DNA of 37,678 nucleotides from an uncultured Eubacteriales bacterium (GTDB lineage Bacteria; Bacillota; Clostridia; Oscillospirales; Acutalibacteraceae): NCBI GenBank assembly GCA_934702115.1, contig CAKUYF010000001.1, positions 1 to 37,678 of the forward strand, read 5' to 3'. Shown piece by piece: positions 29,056 to 37,678 of this stretch (position 1 is its first letter; each line of letters starts with the position of its first letter). The notes under the pieces were generated by a model. It saw only the letters and a program-made list of their open reading frames with translations, ran no database searches and was not told where the DNA came from. The position numbers and the translations under genes were made by a program.

Positions 29056-29751
29056 TTGAAGAGTCAAGCAAAAAATTTTGGAATAGAAATTTCAGAAGAT
29101 CAATTAGTTAAATTGAAAGCTTATATGGACTTTTTACTTGAATACAATTTACATACTAATTTGACTTCTATAACTAATCCAGAGGACATAATGATAAAAC
29201 ATTTCCTGGATAGTATAATAATTAGCAAATATATTGAAATGAAAGAATCGTGGAAAGTAGTTGACATAGGAACCGGTGCAGGATTTCCCGGTGTTCCTCT
29301 TAAAATTTGCAATTCCGGTTTGAGACTCACTCTTGTGGACAGTCTTAATAAAAGGGTAAAATTTTTAGAAGCTTTGGCGGAAAAAATAGATATACAAGCC
29401 AGTGTATTTCATGGACGTGCGGAAGAGTTGAGTTTAAGTCCTAAATTTCGTGAAAATTTTGATTTAGCGGTATCTCGCGCTGTTGCTCCCTTAAATATAT
29501 TATTAGAGTATTGTCTTCCTTACGTGAAAAAGGGAGGAATGTTTGTTGCACTAAAAGGGCCGGACATTTCTGATGAACTTAACAATAGTTTTAATGCTAT
29601 TAAGGTTTTAGGAGGAAGGTTGAAAGATACTATTTCATTTGATTTACCTTTAGAGAAAGGAAAGAGAACTTTAGTTGTTGTAAAGAAAGAATTTATTACT
29701 CCTAAAAAATATCCTCGTAAAAATTCAAAAATAAGTACGTCTTCACTTTGA
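29056..29751 (+). CDS. rsmG: 16S rRNA (guanine527-N7)-methyltransferase RsmG (GidB)
   Basis: A 231-aa protein with NLTSITNPEDIMIKHFLDS and the SAM motif DIGTGAGFPGVPLKI. The TTG start is 20 nt from the nearest GGAG, so the exact start is uncertain. Confidence 0.9.
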   Translation: MKSQAKNFGIEISEDQLVKLKAYMDFLLEYNLHTNLTSITNPEDIMIKHFLDSIIISKYIEMKESWKVVDIGTGAGFPGVPLKICNSGLRLTLVDSLNKRVKFLEALAEKIDIQASVFHGRAEELSLSPKFRENFDLAVSRAVAPLNILLEYCLPYVKKGGMFVALKGPDISDELNNSFNAIKVLGGRLKDTISFDLPLEKGKRTLVVVKKEFITPKKYPRKNSKISTSSL

Positions 29752-29888
29752 TAAATTAATTATTTTGTTATTTATTATTATTAATAGTGTTATTATAATT
29801 TAGTTTATTGTTATAGTATGGTTTTTATATAATAAATTTTAAAACTAGTAATAATTTACATTTTTTGGATAAAAAATTGTGCATTATA

Positions 29889-29917
29889 TTGACATTTATA
29901 GCTTTACTTGTTATTAT
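29889..29917 (+). promoter_or_regulatory. sigma-A promoter of the Cys-rich secreted ORF
   Basis: TTGACA at 29889-29894, a 17-nt spacer, and TATTAT at 29912-29917. Confidence 0.5.
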
Positions 29918-29953
29918 TTGGTATATACTTAAATAATAACAGGAGGTTTTTAA

Positions 29954-30670
29954 ATGAAAATTTTAACTATAATGATTAATGCCTTAATTTTTAGTTTGAT
30001 TATTCTAAATTTAAACGTAAGAGCTGAGAGAATTGAAACTATTGAAGATTTAAGGCAACATTTTATTGAAAAAGTGGTAGAAAAATCAAGTTGTGATAAA
30101 GTGAGTAGAGATGAAGGGGTAAGAAGAATATACGAGGACTGTTTAAGGAAGGAATCTAAACTTAGTGGAACAGGGGCTCATAATATAAAAAAGTTATTTG
30201 ATAACAAACGTGAGACTACTTTTCTTTCTGACCCTAACTATGTTAAAGGTACAGCCAGTGTATATTTTAATCATTGCTTTGATACTCTTAACGACTGCAT
30301 TCCTCATCATGAGATAGAGTTCATATATTGGGTTGACGATAAAAAAGAAAATATTTATTATGAGTATGCTAATTTATATAAAATTAATGATAAATGGTTG
30401 GTGGCAGATTTTGACTTAGCTGTAGAAAATATAACACGTTTAAGTCATCCGGCGTTACCGCATAATTATTTTGATATTCCTATTGAAGAGTATTTGAAAA
30501 TTTTTTGTGAGGGCAAAAAAGGTTTTGTAGCATGTATGTATAAGGGTAATTCAAGAGTGGATTTAAAGTCTGAAATAAAAGTACATGATAAAAAATTGCT
30601 ATATCGTTTCATTGAAGCTCATAATATGATTTCAATTTCAAATATTGAAGCCCAGTGCTGGATAGTATAA
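29954..30670 (+). CDS. hypothetical secreted Cys-rich protein (238 aa, 8 Cys)
   Basis: The Shine-Dalgarno is AGGAGG. The signal-like N-terminus is MKILTIMINALIFSLIILNLNVRA. Eight cysteines are spread through the mature part. I recognise no domain. Confidence 0.6.
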   Translation: MKILTIMINALIFSLIILNLNVRAERIETIEDLRQHFIEKVVEKSSCDKVSRDEGVRRIYEDCLRKESKLSGTGAHNIKKLFDNKRETTFLSDPNYVKGTASVYFNHCFDTLNDCIPHHEIEFIYWVDDKKENIYYEYANLYKINDKWLVADFDLAVENITRLSHPALPHNYFDIPIEEYLKIFCEGKKGFVACMYKGNSRVDLKSEIKVHDKKLLYRFIEAHNMISISNIEAQCWIV

Positions 30671-30913
30671 ACTATTGATTAAGAAGTATAGAATTGAGAA
30701 AATATTATAAATTAAATTTTCGATATGCAAAATTTTTAGAATTATATAATTTACGGTTTGAACAAATTTTAGGATATATTTTTAACATTTAACTTGATTA
30801 AATTTCTTTTCTTTTGTAAACTTAATTAGTGATAAGTATTTTATATTAAATTTTATTTTTTAAAAGTCATTTTCTATATGATGGATTTTGATATTAAAAA
30901 GGAGCTGAGGCCA

Positions 30914-32185
30914 ATGTTAGATATTAAGCTGATAAGGAATAATCCAGAAGAAGTCAAAAATGCGATGAGAAATCGAAATATGAATTTGGATGAGAGTATA
31001 GATAAAGTTGTAAAACTAGATTCTTTAAGGCGAGATATTTTAAGCGAGATGGAAAAAGAGAAAGCTGCTCAAAATGCGATGAACAAGCAAATTCCTCAAA
31101 TGAAAAAAGCAGGGGAAGATATTTCAAAGTTAATGGATCAAATGAAAGAGCTTTCAGATAAAATATCTAATTTTCGTGATGAACTTTCAAAAGTTGAAAG
31201 TGAGGAAAAAGAATTACTTCTTTCTATTCCGAATATTCCTAATAAAGATGTTCCTGTTGGAAAAGACGATACTGAGAATTTAGAAATAAGAAAATGGGGT
31301 AAACCTGTTGAATTTGATTTCGAGCCGCTTTCTCATTGGGATATTGGTAAAAAGTTAGATATTTTGGATCCTGAAAGAGCAGGTAAAATTACTGGATCAA
31401 GGTTCCATATTTATAAAGGTTTAGGCGCTAAACTTGAAAGGGCGGTAGTCAATTTTTATTTGAATACTCATGTAGAAAACGGTTATAAAGAGATTCTGCC
31501 TCCGTTTATAGTTAATGCTGATTCGATGACGGGTACAGGTCAACTTCCAAAATTTAAGGACGACGCATTCAAAATCAGTAAAATTGACTATTATTTGATT
31601 CCTACTGCCGAAGTACCTGTTACTAATATGCATCGAGGAGAAATCTTAGATGGTAAAGATCTTACTCTGAAGTACTGTGCATATAGTGCATGTTTTAGGG
31701 CGGAAGCGGGTTCGGCCGGAAGAGATACAAGAGGGCTTATAAGGCAACATCAGTTTAATAAAGTAGAACTGGTTAAGTTCAGTAAACCTGAGAATTCGTA
31801 CAAAGAGCTTGAAACTTTAACAAATGATGCTGAACGGTTACTTCAGCTTTTAGGACTTCCTTATAGAGTAGTGTGCTTGTGTTCAGGTGATTTAGGATTT
31901 TCTTCGGCCAAAACTTATGATATAGAAGTTTGGATGCCATCATATAAAAGGTATTTAGAAATTTCTTCATGTTCTAATTTTGAGGATTATCAAGCCAGAA
32001 GAATGCAAATAAGATATAAAAATAGTGCAAAGGATAAAGCGGAATTTGTTCATACTCTTAATGGTTCGGGCTTAGCAGTTGGAAGGACAGTCGCAGCGAT
32101 ACTTGAAAATTTTCAAAATGCTGATGGAAGTGTTACAGTACCAGAACCACTGATCAAATACATGAATACAGATATTATTGATTAA
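30914..32185 (+). CDS. serS: serine--tRNA ligase
   Basis: I moved the start to the ATG at 30914 (GGAG Shine-Dalgarno), giving [15 protein letters not shown] and 423 aa. It has an N-terminal coiled-coil arm and class II motifs ([37 protein letters not shown]). Confidence 0.95.
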   Translation: MLDIKLIRNNPEEVKNAMRNRNMNLDESIDKVVKLDSLRRDILSEMEKEKAAQNAMNKQIPQMKKAGEDISKLMDQMKELSDKISNFRDELSKVESEEKELLLSIPNIPNKDVPVGKDDTENLEIRKWGKPVEFDFEPLSHWDIGKKLDILDPERAGKITGSRFHIYKGLGAKLERAVVNFYLNTHVENGYKEILPPFIVNADSMTGTGQLPKFKDDAFKISKIDYYLIPTAEVPVTNMHRGEILDGKDLTLKYCAYSACFRAEAGSAGRDTRGLIRQHQFNKVELVKFSKPENSYKELETLTNDAERLLQLLGLPYRVVCLCSGDLGFSSAKTYDIEVWMPSYKRYLEISSCSNFEDYQARRMQIRYKNSAKDKAEFVHTLNGSGLAVGRTVAAILENFQNADGSVTVPEPLIKYMNTDIID

Positions 32186-32192
32186 ACTAATA

Positions 32193-32229
32193 AAGTCTTG
32201 AGGTATAATACACTTCAAGACTTCTTTTT
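32193..32229 (+). terminator. rho-independent terminator after serS
   Basis: A 9-bp stem, AAGTCTTGA (32193-32201) with TCAAGACTT (32215-32223), followed by CTTTTTA. Confidence 0.65.
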
Positions 32230-32356
32230 ATCAAAATTTCTAACTGGTTTTTAAATATTAATGATCATTAAATAATTTTATGATATTAAATCTGTAAATT
32301 AGGCATTAGAGATCTCATAAAACATGTAAGTAAGATTTATTATTTATATAATTAAT

Positions 32357-33715
32357 TTAAGACTTTAAAACATTATAAGCAATAGCACATTCTATTTTTT
32401 TCTTTTGAAGTTCACAAGAAAGCTTAAAAGGTATTTTAATGTCATTATTATGCTGATAATTTTTAGAGCTACATCCACCGCAGCAGTAAAATTTAGCCCA
32501 ACAATTTTTACATTCTTTCTTATGATAAACACTAAGCTTTAGAAATTTTGATTTAAGCGAAATATCGAATGAATCATTAAGAACATTTCCCATGAGAAAA
32601 TCGCTTTCTCCTACCAATTGATGGCAAGGATAAATATCTCCATTAGGAGTTATAGCGACGTAATCATTTCCAAAACCGCATCCTTTGAGACGTTTGCTTA
32701 GGCAAGGGCCATGATCCAAGTTAATATTAAAGTTGAAAAAGTTTATTTTGGAACCTTCTTTTTTTAATTTTATTAATTTTTTGCAAAGTAATTCATGTTC
32801 AGACAAAATTGAAGGTAAATCCGTTTCATCTACGGCTAATGAAAATTCATTTTCCGAAAGAGCAGGTTCCATTGATATTTCATTAAATCCAAGACTATGA
32901 ATATGCATTACATCATTAGTGAAATCTAAATTTTCTTTAGTATAAGTTCCTCTAACGTAGTAACTTTTTTCTCCACGTTTTTCAACTAATTTTTTAAACT
33001 TAGGCACTATAATATCATAAGAGCCTTGTTTAGTTTTGGTAAGTCTGAATTTGTCGTTTACTTCTTTGCGTCCATCAAGTGAAAGGACTACATCATAAAT
33101 TTCTTTGTTTATGAAGTCGATTTTTTCATCATCGAGAAGAATTCCGTTAGTGGTTAAAGTAAATCTAAAATTTTTGTTATATTTTTTTTCTAAACTTCTG
33201 GCGTACTTAACAGTTTCTTTTACCACTTCAAAATTCATTAAAGGTTCTCCGCCGAAGAAATCCATCTCTAGATTTTTAATATTTCCTGAATTTTTTATGA
33301 GAAAATCTACTGCTTTTTTTGCTGTTTCAAGTGGCATAAGCTCTCTTGAGCATTTAAAATCTCCTGTAGAGGCAAAGCAATAGCTGCATCTTAAATTGCA
33401 GTCATGAGATACGTTGAGGCATATTGCTTTTATAGGTGATGAGGGTATACCTTCTTCTATTGTTTCAAAGTAGTAATCGTCTGAAAACAGTTTACCTGCT
33501 TCATAAAGAGAAAATAATTCTGAGTATGCTTCTTTAATACTTTCAGCAGAATATTTATCTGAAAGTTTTTTTGTAACGTAAGACTCTGTATAATCAAAGA
33601 AGGTGTTAGGTACAAAGTCCAGTATATCATAGCAAATATCGTCTACAACATGTACTGCTCCGCTATTAACGTCAAGTACGAAATTAGTATTATCAAATTT
33701 ATATTTATGTATCAT
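32357..33715 (-). CDS. scfB: radical SAM/SPASM thioether-forming peptide maturase, SCIFF type
   Basis: A 452-aa protein with CNLRCSYC (CX3CX2C) and SPASM Cys clusters (CGFGNDYVAITPNGDIYPC and CKNCWAKFYCCGGC). It lies directly downstream of a SCIFF precursor gene. Confidence 0.88.
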   Translation of the reverse strand: MIHKYKFDNTNFVLDVNSGAVHVVDDICYDILDFVPNTFFDYTESYVTKKLSDKYSAESIKEAYSELFSLYEAGKLFSDDYYFETIEEGIPSSPIKAICLNVSHDCNLRCSYCFASTGDFKCSRELMPLETAKKAVDFLIKNSGNIKNLEMDFFGGEPLMNFEVVKETVKYARSLEKKYNKNFRFTLTTNGILLDDEKIDFINKEIYDVVLSLDGRKEVNDKFRLTKTKQGSYDIIVPKFKKLVEKRGEKSYYVRGTYTKENLDFTNDVMHIHSLGFNEISMEPALSENEFSLAVDETDLPSILSEHELLCKKLIKLKKEGSKINFFNFNINLDHGPCLSKRLKGCGFGNDYVAITPNGDIYPCHQLVGESDFLMGNVLNDSFDISLKSKFLKLSVYHKKECKNCWAKFYCCGGCSSKNYQHNNDIKIPFKLSCELQKKKIECAIAYNVLKS

Positions 33716-33723
33716 AAAAATAT

Positions 33724-33753
33724 CGGCTTTAAATCCTTAAGGATAAAAAGCCG
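33724..33753 (-). terminator. intercistronic terminator-like hairpin between scfA and scfB
   Basis: The minus-strand RNA reads CGGCUUUuuAUCCUUAAGGAUuuAAAGCCG (7 bp plus 5-6 bp stems), followed by AUAUUUUU and then the scfB ATG. Confidence 0.5.
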
Positions 33754-33779
33754 TAACTTTCACCTGTCTTTTTAAAAAT

Positions 33780-33920
33780 TTATTTACATTCGCATTTTTG
33801 GTTGCTTACTGTATTATCAACTTTAGAAGCGGTTTGGCAAGATGCTTGGCATTCTCCGCATCCACCTGTAGAAAGAGTTTTCTTCAAATCTGTGGTATTT
33901 ACAGTTTTAATGTGTTTCAT
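33780..33920 (-). CDS. scfA: SCIFF-family ranthipeptide precursor (46 aa), five-Cys variant
   Basis: Not in the track because it is under 60 aa. Manual translation gives MKHIKTVNTTDLKKTLSTGGCGECQASCQTASKVDNTVSNQKCECK. The MKHIKT...GGCGECQ.SCQ signature is diagnostic of SCIFF. The Shine-Dalgarno AGGGGA lies 6 nt upstream. Confidence 0.88.
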   Translation of the reverse strand: MKHIKTVNTTDLKKTLSTGGCGECQASCQTASKVDNTVSNQKCECK

Positions 33921-33959
33921 ATCTTATCCCCTATTCATTTATAAATTATTTATATTTTT

Positions 33960-33987
33960 ATTTTACCATAACCATATTAATTTTCAA
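33960..33987 (-). promoter_or_regulatory. candidate promoter of scfA-scfB
   Basis: On the minus strand: TTGAAA (reverse complement of 33982-33987), 16 nt of spacer, and TAAAAT within TGGTAAAAT (reverse complement of 33960-33968, extended -10). Confidence 0.45.
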
Positions 33988-34122
33988 ATAGTTTTATGAA
34001 TTTTTTTATAAGTAAAAATATGACTTTTGAAAGTAATATATGGATGTCCATGATTATATATTTATTATAAGAGACAAAAAATAAGAACTTTTTAAATAAA
34101 TAGGTCGTTGGAGATGAGAATA

Positions 34123-36783
34123 ATGCGTTGGTGTCAAATGTTTAAGGAAGAAGTACTTAAAGAGTTTAGTGTTAACTCTGAGCGAGGGCTTTCAAGTTTT
34201 GAATCCAAAAAAAGAGCAATGCGTTACGGTAAAAACGTGCTTACGGACGAAAAAAAGAATAACTTTTGGAAGAAACTAGGTAAACAGCTTTCTGACTTTA
34301 TGGTAATAACTTTATTAGTTTCTGCTGTAATATCTTTTATAGTGTCTCATATAGAAGGAAGCAGAGATTACATTGATGCTCTAATTATACTTTTTATAGT
34401 TGTACTTAATACTGTAATAGGTATACTTCAAGAAAGCAGAGCAGAGAAAGCGATAGACTCTTTAAAACGGCTGTCATCGCCGTATGCAAAGGTAATAAGG
34501 GACGGTAAAGGGCAAAAAATTCCTTCTGAAGATTTAGTTCCTGGAGATATTTTAATTCTTAGAACAGGAGATTTAGTTGGTGCTGATGCAAGAATCATTG
34601 AGTCTTCGGGGCTTTTCGTGGAAGAATCGGCAATCACCGGAGAATCATTTAGTATTTCTAAGTCGGAAGATAAGCTAAACATTTCGGGAGATACTCTTGC
34701 AGAAAGAAAAAATATGCTTTTTGCCGGAAGTGTTATTACGAGAGGGCATGGTAAAGCTGTAGTTACAGAAACCGGAATGAATACAGAGGTTGGGAAGATA
34801 GCGGGGCTCATTAACGAAGAGAAGAGTTTTCGTACTCCTTTGAGTGCTCGTTTGGCGAGTACTGGTAAAATAATAGGAATTTTTATTATTTTAATAAGCG
34901 TAGTAGTTTTCATATTAGGTATTATGCAAAATGTTGATTTTATTGAAATGTTTATGATTTCAATCAGTTTAGCTGTAGCCGCCATTCCTGAAGGACTTCC
35001 TGCGGTTGTTACTATTGTATTAGCAGGTGGCGTTCAGCGTTTAGCTGCCAGAAATACTATAGTTAGAAATTTACCAGCAGTTGAAACACTTGGTCATACA
35101 GCGATAATATGCTCGGACAAAACAGGTACCCTTACTATGAATAAAATGGTTGTTGAGGAAATAAAAAGTGTAGGCAAGGTGCAGAAATTCACTTCTGGAT
35201 TTGGGCATGAAATGTTGACTTTAGGAACTCTTTGCAATAATTCTATATTTTTAGATAAAAGCTCGGAGACTTCAGTTAGAGGCGAGCCTACGGAGAATGC
35301 ACTGTTACTTGCTTCTATTAAATCTGGAATTAGTAAAAGAGAATTGGAAGAAGAGTTTAAAAGAGTGCATGAAATTCCTTTCAACTCTACTCGTAAATTG
35401 ATGACTACTGTACATAGCACTAAAAGTAACAATTATAAGGTAATAACTAAAGGTGCATTAGATGTTGTTATTAAAAAGTGTACTCATTACAAATCTGAGA
35501 CTGGAATTTATCCTATTAACGAAAATGTAATCAAAGAGATAGAAAGCTATAATGAAGAAATGTCTTCTAGGGCATTAAGAGTAATTGCTATTTCCTATAA
35601 AGATATTTCCAATTTAAGTAAAGATGAAAATTTCTTAGAGAGCGAGCTTATATTCTGTGGATTGATAGGAATTGCGGATCCCATAAGACCTGAAGCGAAA
35701 TCAGCTGTAAACGAATGTAAAAGGGCGGGAATAAAGCCTGTAATGATAACCGGTGATCATGCGTACACGGCTGAAACAATAGCACGTTCACTTGGAATAC
35801 TTGATGAGAACTCAAAAATTATGACTGGGGCGGAACTAAATCGTTTAAGTGAAGATGAACTTTCGGAAATTATAAATTCGTATTCGGTTTTTGCAAGAGT
35901 GTCTCCTGCGCATAAAGTAAAGATAGTTAAAGCTTTTCAAAAAAGTGGAGCAGTAGTGGCGATGACGGGCGACGGAGTAAATGATGCACCAGCTTTAAAG
36001 GCTGCAGACATAGGTTGTGCGATGGGAAAATCTGGTACAGATGCAGCAAAATCAGCTGCTGATATGGTTATGGCTGATGATAACTTTGCAACTATAGTGG
36101 AAGCTATAAGGCAAGGTCGGGGAATGTTTGATAACATAAAGAAAACTATACATTTTCTTTTGTCTACAAATATCGGAGAAGTGATGGTAGTGCTTTTTGC
36201 GTTTTTAATTAGGGTTCCGACGCCCCTTCTTGCGGTTCATCTTTTGTGGATTAACATGGTAACTGATGCTTTTCCTGCTCTTGCATTGGGAGTAGACCCG
36301 ATAGATTCGGAAATTATGAAGCGACCGCCGCTCAATCCAAAAAAGAGCTTATTTTCTGGAGGTATGGGATATAACATTGTATTGGAAGGATGTTTTATAG
36401 CGGCAGTTGGATTTCTTTCTTATACGATAGGTAGAGTATTTTTCGATATGGACGCTCAAAATCCAATTATAGGTAGTACTATGGCATTTTTAACTTTAGG
36501 GCTTAGTCAGCTTATGCACGCGTTTAATGTACAAAGCAGTAAATCTCTTTTTGTTACCGGGATATTTAATAATTTAAAACTCGTTTATTCAGTTATTTTC
36601 TGTGTGATTCTTCAAGTAATTACTGTAACTGTTCCATCTCTTAACGGATTTTTTAAGACTCAGCCTCTTAATTTTATTCAGTGGCTTATAGTAATATTTT
36701 TAGCGATTTCGCCGTTGCTTATTTCGGAATTTGAAAAATATTTTTGGAAAGTGAAGCTTCAAAAATCGAAGAAAAAATTCTAA
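34123..36783 (+). CDS. calcium-translocating P-type ATPase (P2A, SERCA/YloB-like)
   Basis: It has TGES, the phosphorylation site CSDKTGTLTMN, KGA, MITGDH and TGDGVNDAPALKAADIG, and roughly 10 TM segments. The start is ambiguous (TTG 34108, ATG 34123, ATG 34138); ATG 34123 has GGAG 9 nt upstream. Confidence 0.93.
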   Translation: MRWCQMFKEEVLKEFSVNSERGLSSFESKKRAMRYGKNVLTDEKKNNFWKKLGKQLSDFMVITLLVSAVISFIVSHIEGSRDYIDALIILFIVVLNTVIGILQESRAEKAIDSLKRLSSPYAKVIRDGKGQKIPSEDLVPGDILILRTGDLVGADARIIESSGLFVEESAITGESFSISKSEDKLNISGDTLAERKNMLFAGSVITRGHGKAVVTETGMNTEVGKIAGLINEEKSFRTPLSARLASTGKIIGIFIILISVVVFILGIMQNVDFIEMFMISISLAVAAIPEGLPAVVTIVLAGGVQRLAARNTIVRNLPAVETLGHTAIICSDKTGTLTMNKMVVEEIKSVGKVQKFTSGFGHEMLTLGTLCNNSIFLDKSSETSVRGEPTENALLLASIKSGISKRELEEEFKRVHEIPFNSTRKLMTTVHSTKSNNYKVITKGALDVVIKKCTHYKSETGIYPINENVIKEIESYNEEMSSRALRVIAISYKDISNLSKDENFLESELIFCGLIGIADPIRPEAKSAVNECKRAGIKPVMITGDHAYTAETIARSLGILDENSKIMTGAELNRLSEDELSEIINSYSVFARVSPAHKVKIVKAFQKSGAVVAMTGDGVNDAPALKAADIGCAMGKSGTDAAKSAADMVMADDNFATIVEAIRQGRGMFDNIKKTIHFLLSTNIGEVMVVLFAFLIRVPTPLLAVHLLWINMVTDAFPALALGVDPIDSEIMKRPPLNPKKSLFSGGMGYNIVLEGCFIAAVGFLSYTIGRVFFDMDAQNPIIGSTMAFLTLGLSQLMHAFNVQSSKSLFVTGIFNNLKLVYSVIFCVILQVITVTVPSLNGFFKTQPLNFIQWLIVIFLAISPLLISEFEKYFWKVKLQKSKKKF

Positions 36784-36867
36784 ATAGTAAGTAAATTAAT
36801 TAGATTTATTAATTCTATATTTTTAAATATTAACATATAGATCATTATCAAGGAGGAGTGAACATTT

Positions 36868-37626
36868 ATGAAAGTATGGATATTAAATAGGAAAAAATTG
36901 ATGGTTATTATGGGATGTGTAATTACTGCTCTTGTAGGGGCATTTACTCTTACTAAAAACAACATTTTCATGGCCGAAGAAAGGAAGTTGCCCATTTATT
37001 GTGTAGATAGGAGCGACAAAGTTGTAAGCATATCATTTGATGCTGCATGGGGCAACGAGCAGACTCAAACTCTTTTAGATATTTTAGCGGAAAAGGGAGT
37101 GAAAAGTACATTTTTCCTGGTAGGATTTTGGGCAGAGAAATATCCTGAATCTGTCAAAGCCATAGCGGACGCAGGGCATGATGTCGGTAATCACTCTGAC
37201 ACACATCCCCATTTGCCTAAACTGGAACGAAGCAAGATTACAGCTCAAATAGAAGATTGTAATAAAAAAATAGAGGCTGCAGGGGCACCAAGACCAATAC
37301 TTTTCAGGCCACCTTACGGAGATTATAACAATTCTGTAGTAGAAGCTACTAATGAATTAAAAATGCACTGTATTCAGTGGGATGTAGATAGTCTTGACTG
37401 GAAAGATCCGAGTCCCGAAGAGATGATTAAAAGAATTAAAAGCAAGATAAAACCAGGATCTATAATTTTGATGCACAACGGAGCAAAAAATACTCCCGAA
37501 GCTTTACCTAAAATAATAGACGCAATAAAAGGCGAGGGGTACAATATTGTACCAATATCAGAAATTATTTATAAGGAAAATTACAGCATGGACTCACAAG
37601 GTAAACAAAAATGTAATCAGTCTTAA
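36868..37626 (+). CDS. polysaccharide deacetylase, NodB homology domain (PdaB-like)
   Basis: The Shine-Dalgarno is AGGAGGAG. It has an N-terminal TM/signal anchor, then SISFDAAWG, FFLVGFWAEKYPE, GHDVGNHSDTHPH and LFRPPYG, the NodB motifs. Confidence 0.88.
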   Translation: MKVWILNRKKLMVIMGCVITALVGAFTLTKNNIFMAEERKLPIYCVDRSDKVVSISFDAAWGNEQTQTLLDILAEKGVKSTFFLVGFWAEKYPESVKAIADAGHDVGNHSDTHPHLPKLERSKITAQIEDCNKKIEAAGAPRPILFRPPYGDYNNSVVEATNELKMHCIQWDVDSLDWKDPSPEEMIKRIKSKIKPGSIILMHNGAKNTPEALPKIIDAIKGEGYNIVPISEIIYKENYSMDSQGKQKCNQS

Positions 37627-37678
37627 AGCGTGTTAAAAGATAAGTAATAAAGGGCGAATTAGGAGAATAAAATTTAAT

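Noticed and set aside
30671-30913. An expected T-box riboswitch upstream of serS.
   Set aside because: I found no AGAGA/GNUGGUACCGCG-type T-box motif, no specifier stem and no terminator/antiterminator pair in the 240-nt AT-rich upstream region.
33802-33999. 65-aa plus-strand ORF in the track.
   Set aside because: It is antisense to the much better supported SCIFF precursor gene (33780-33920, minus) and its promoter. It has no Shine-Dalgarno and no recognisable sequence.
36784-36867. A possible sigma-E-type sporulation promoter (TCTATAT...CATATAGAT) upstream of the PdaB-like deacetylase.
   Set aside because: The match to the sigma-E consensus is loose, the spacing is about 13 nt, and in AT-rich DNA such matches arise by chance.

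Overview
This window is the replication-origin neighbourhood of a low-GC (about 30% by eye) Firmicute. It is probably class Clostridia, given a SCIFF locus, a PdaB-like deacetylase and a Bacillus-like dnaA-dnaN-yaaA-recF-remB-gyrB-gyrA order. All product calls rest on motifs I recognise by eye; no searches were run.

Core content:
- Plus strand, 3.6-7.7 kb: rpmG-secE-nusG-rplK-rplA-[insert]-rplJ-rplL.
- Minus strand, 10.1-21.6 kb: dnaA, an oriC module, dnaN, yaaA, recF, remB, a zinc-ribbon membrane ORF, gyrB, a YcxB-like ORF, a GNAT ORF and gyrA.
- Plus strand, 22-32 kb: rpmH-rnpA-yidD-yidC-mnmE-[2 inserts]-mnmG-rsmG-[insert]-serS.
- After that: scfB and scfA (minus), a Ca-type P-type ATPase and a NodB-family deacetylase.
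- I saw no rRNA, tRNA, CRISPR array, transposase or integrase.

Most interesting observations:
1. A 136-codon gene with a textbook double-glycine leader (LSEDKLDEVVGG) and a glycine-zipper core sits between rplA and rplJ with its own consensus promoter. About 3 kb away is a standalone, membrane-anchored C39-like cysteine peptidase with Gln/Cys/His/Asp in register, next to a signal-peptide-bearing Smr-domain protein. No ABC exporter is present in the window.
2. The dnaA-dnaN spacer is a clear oriC module: an (AT)n unwinding element, five perfect TAG DnaA-trios and a GC cluster. Its repeat array, however, consists of eight identical non-consensus TGTTGAAA boxes rather than canonical DnaA boxes.
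3. A 46-aa SCIFF precursor, missed by the ORF track, has only five Cys. It is separated from its radical-SAM maturase by a terminator-like hairpin.
4. Six ORFs with signal-peptide-like N-termini and no recognisable domain family (apart from Smr and C39) are inserted at or around junctions of otherwise conserved operons, mostly as single-gene cassettes.
5. The r-protein operon lies head-on to the leftward replication fork and is cut off from rpoBC.
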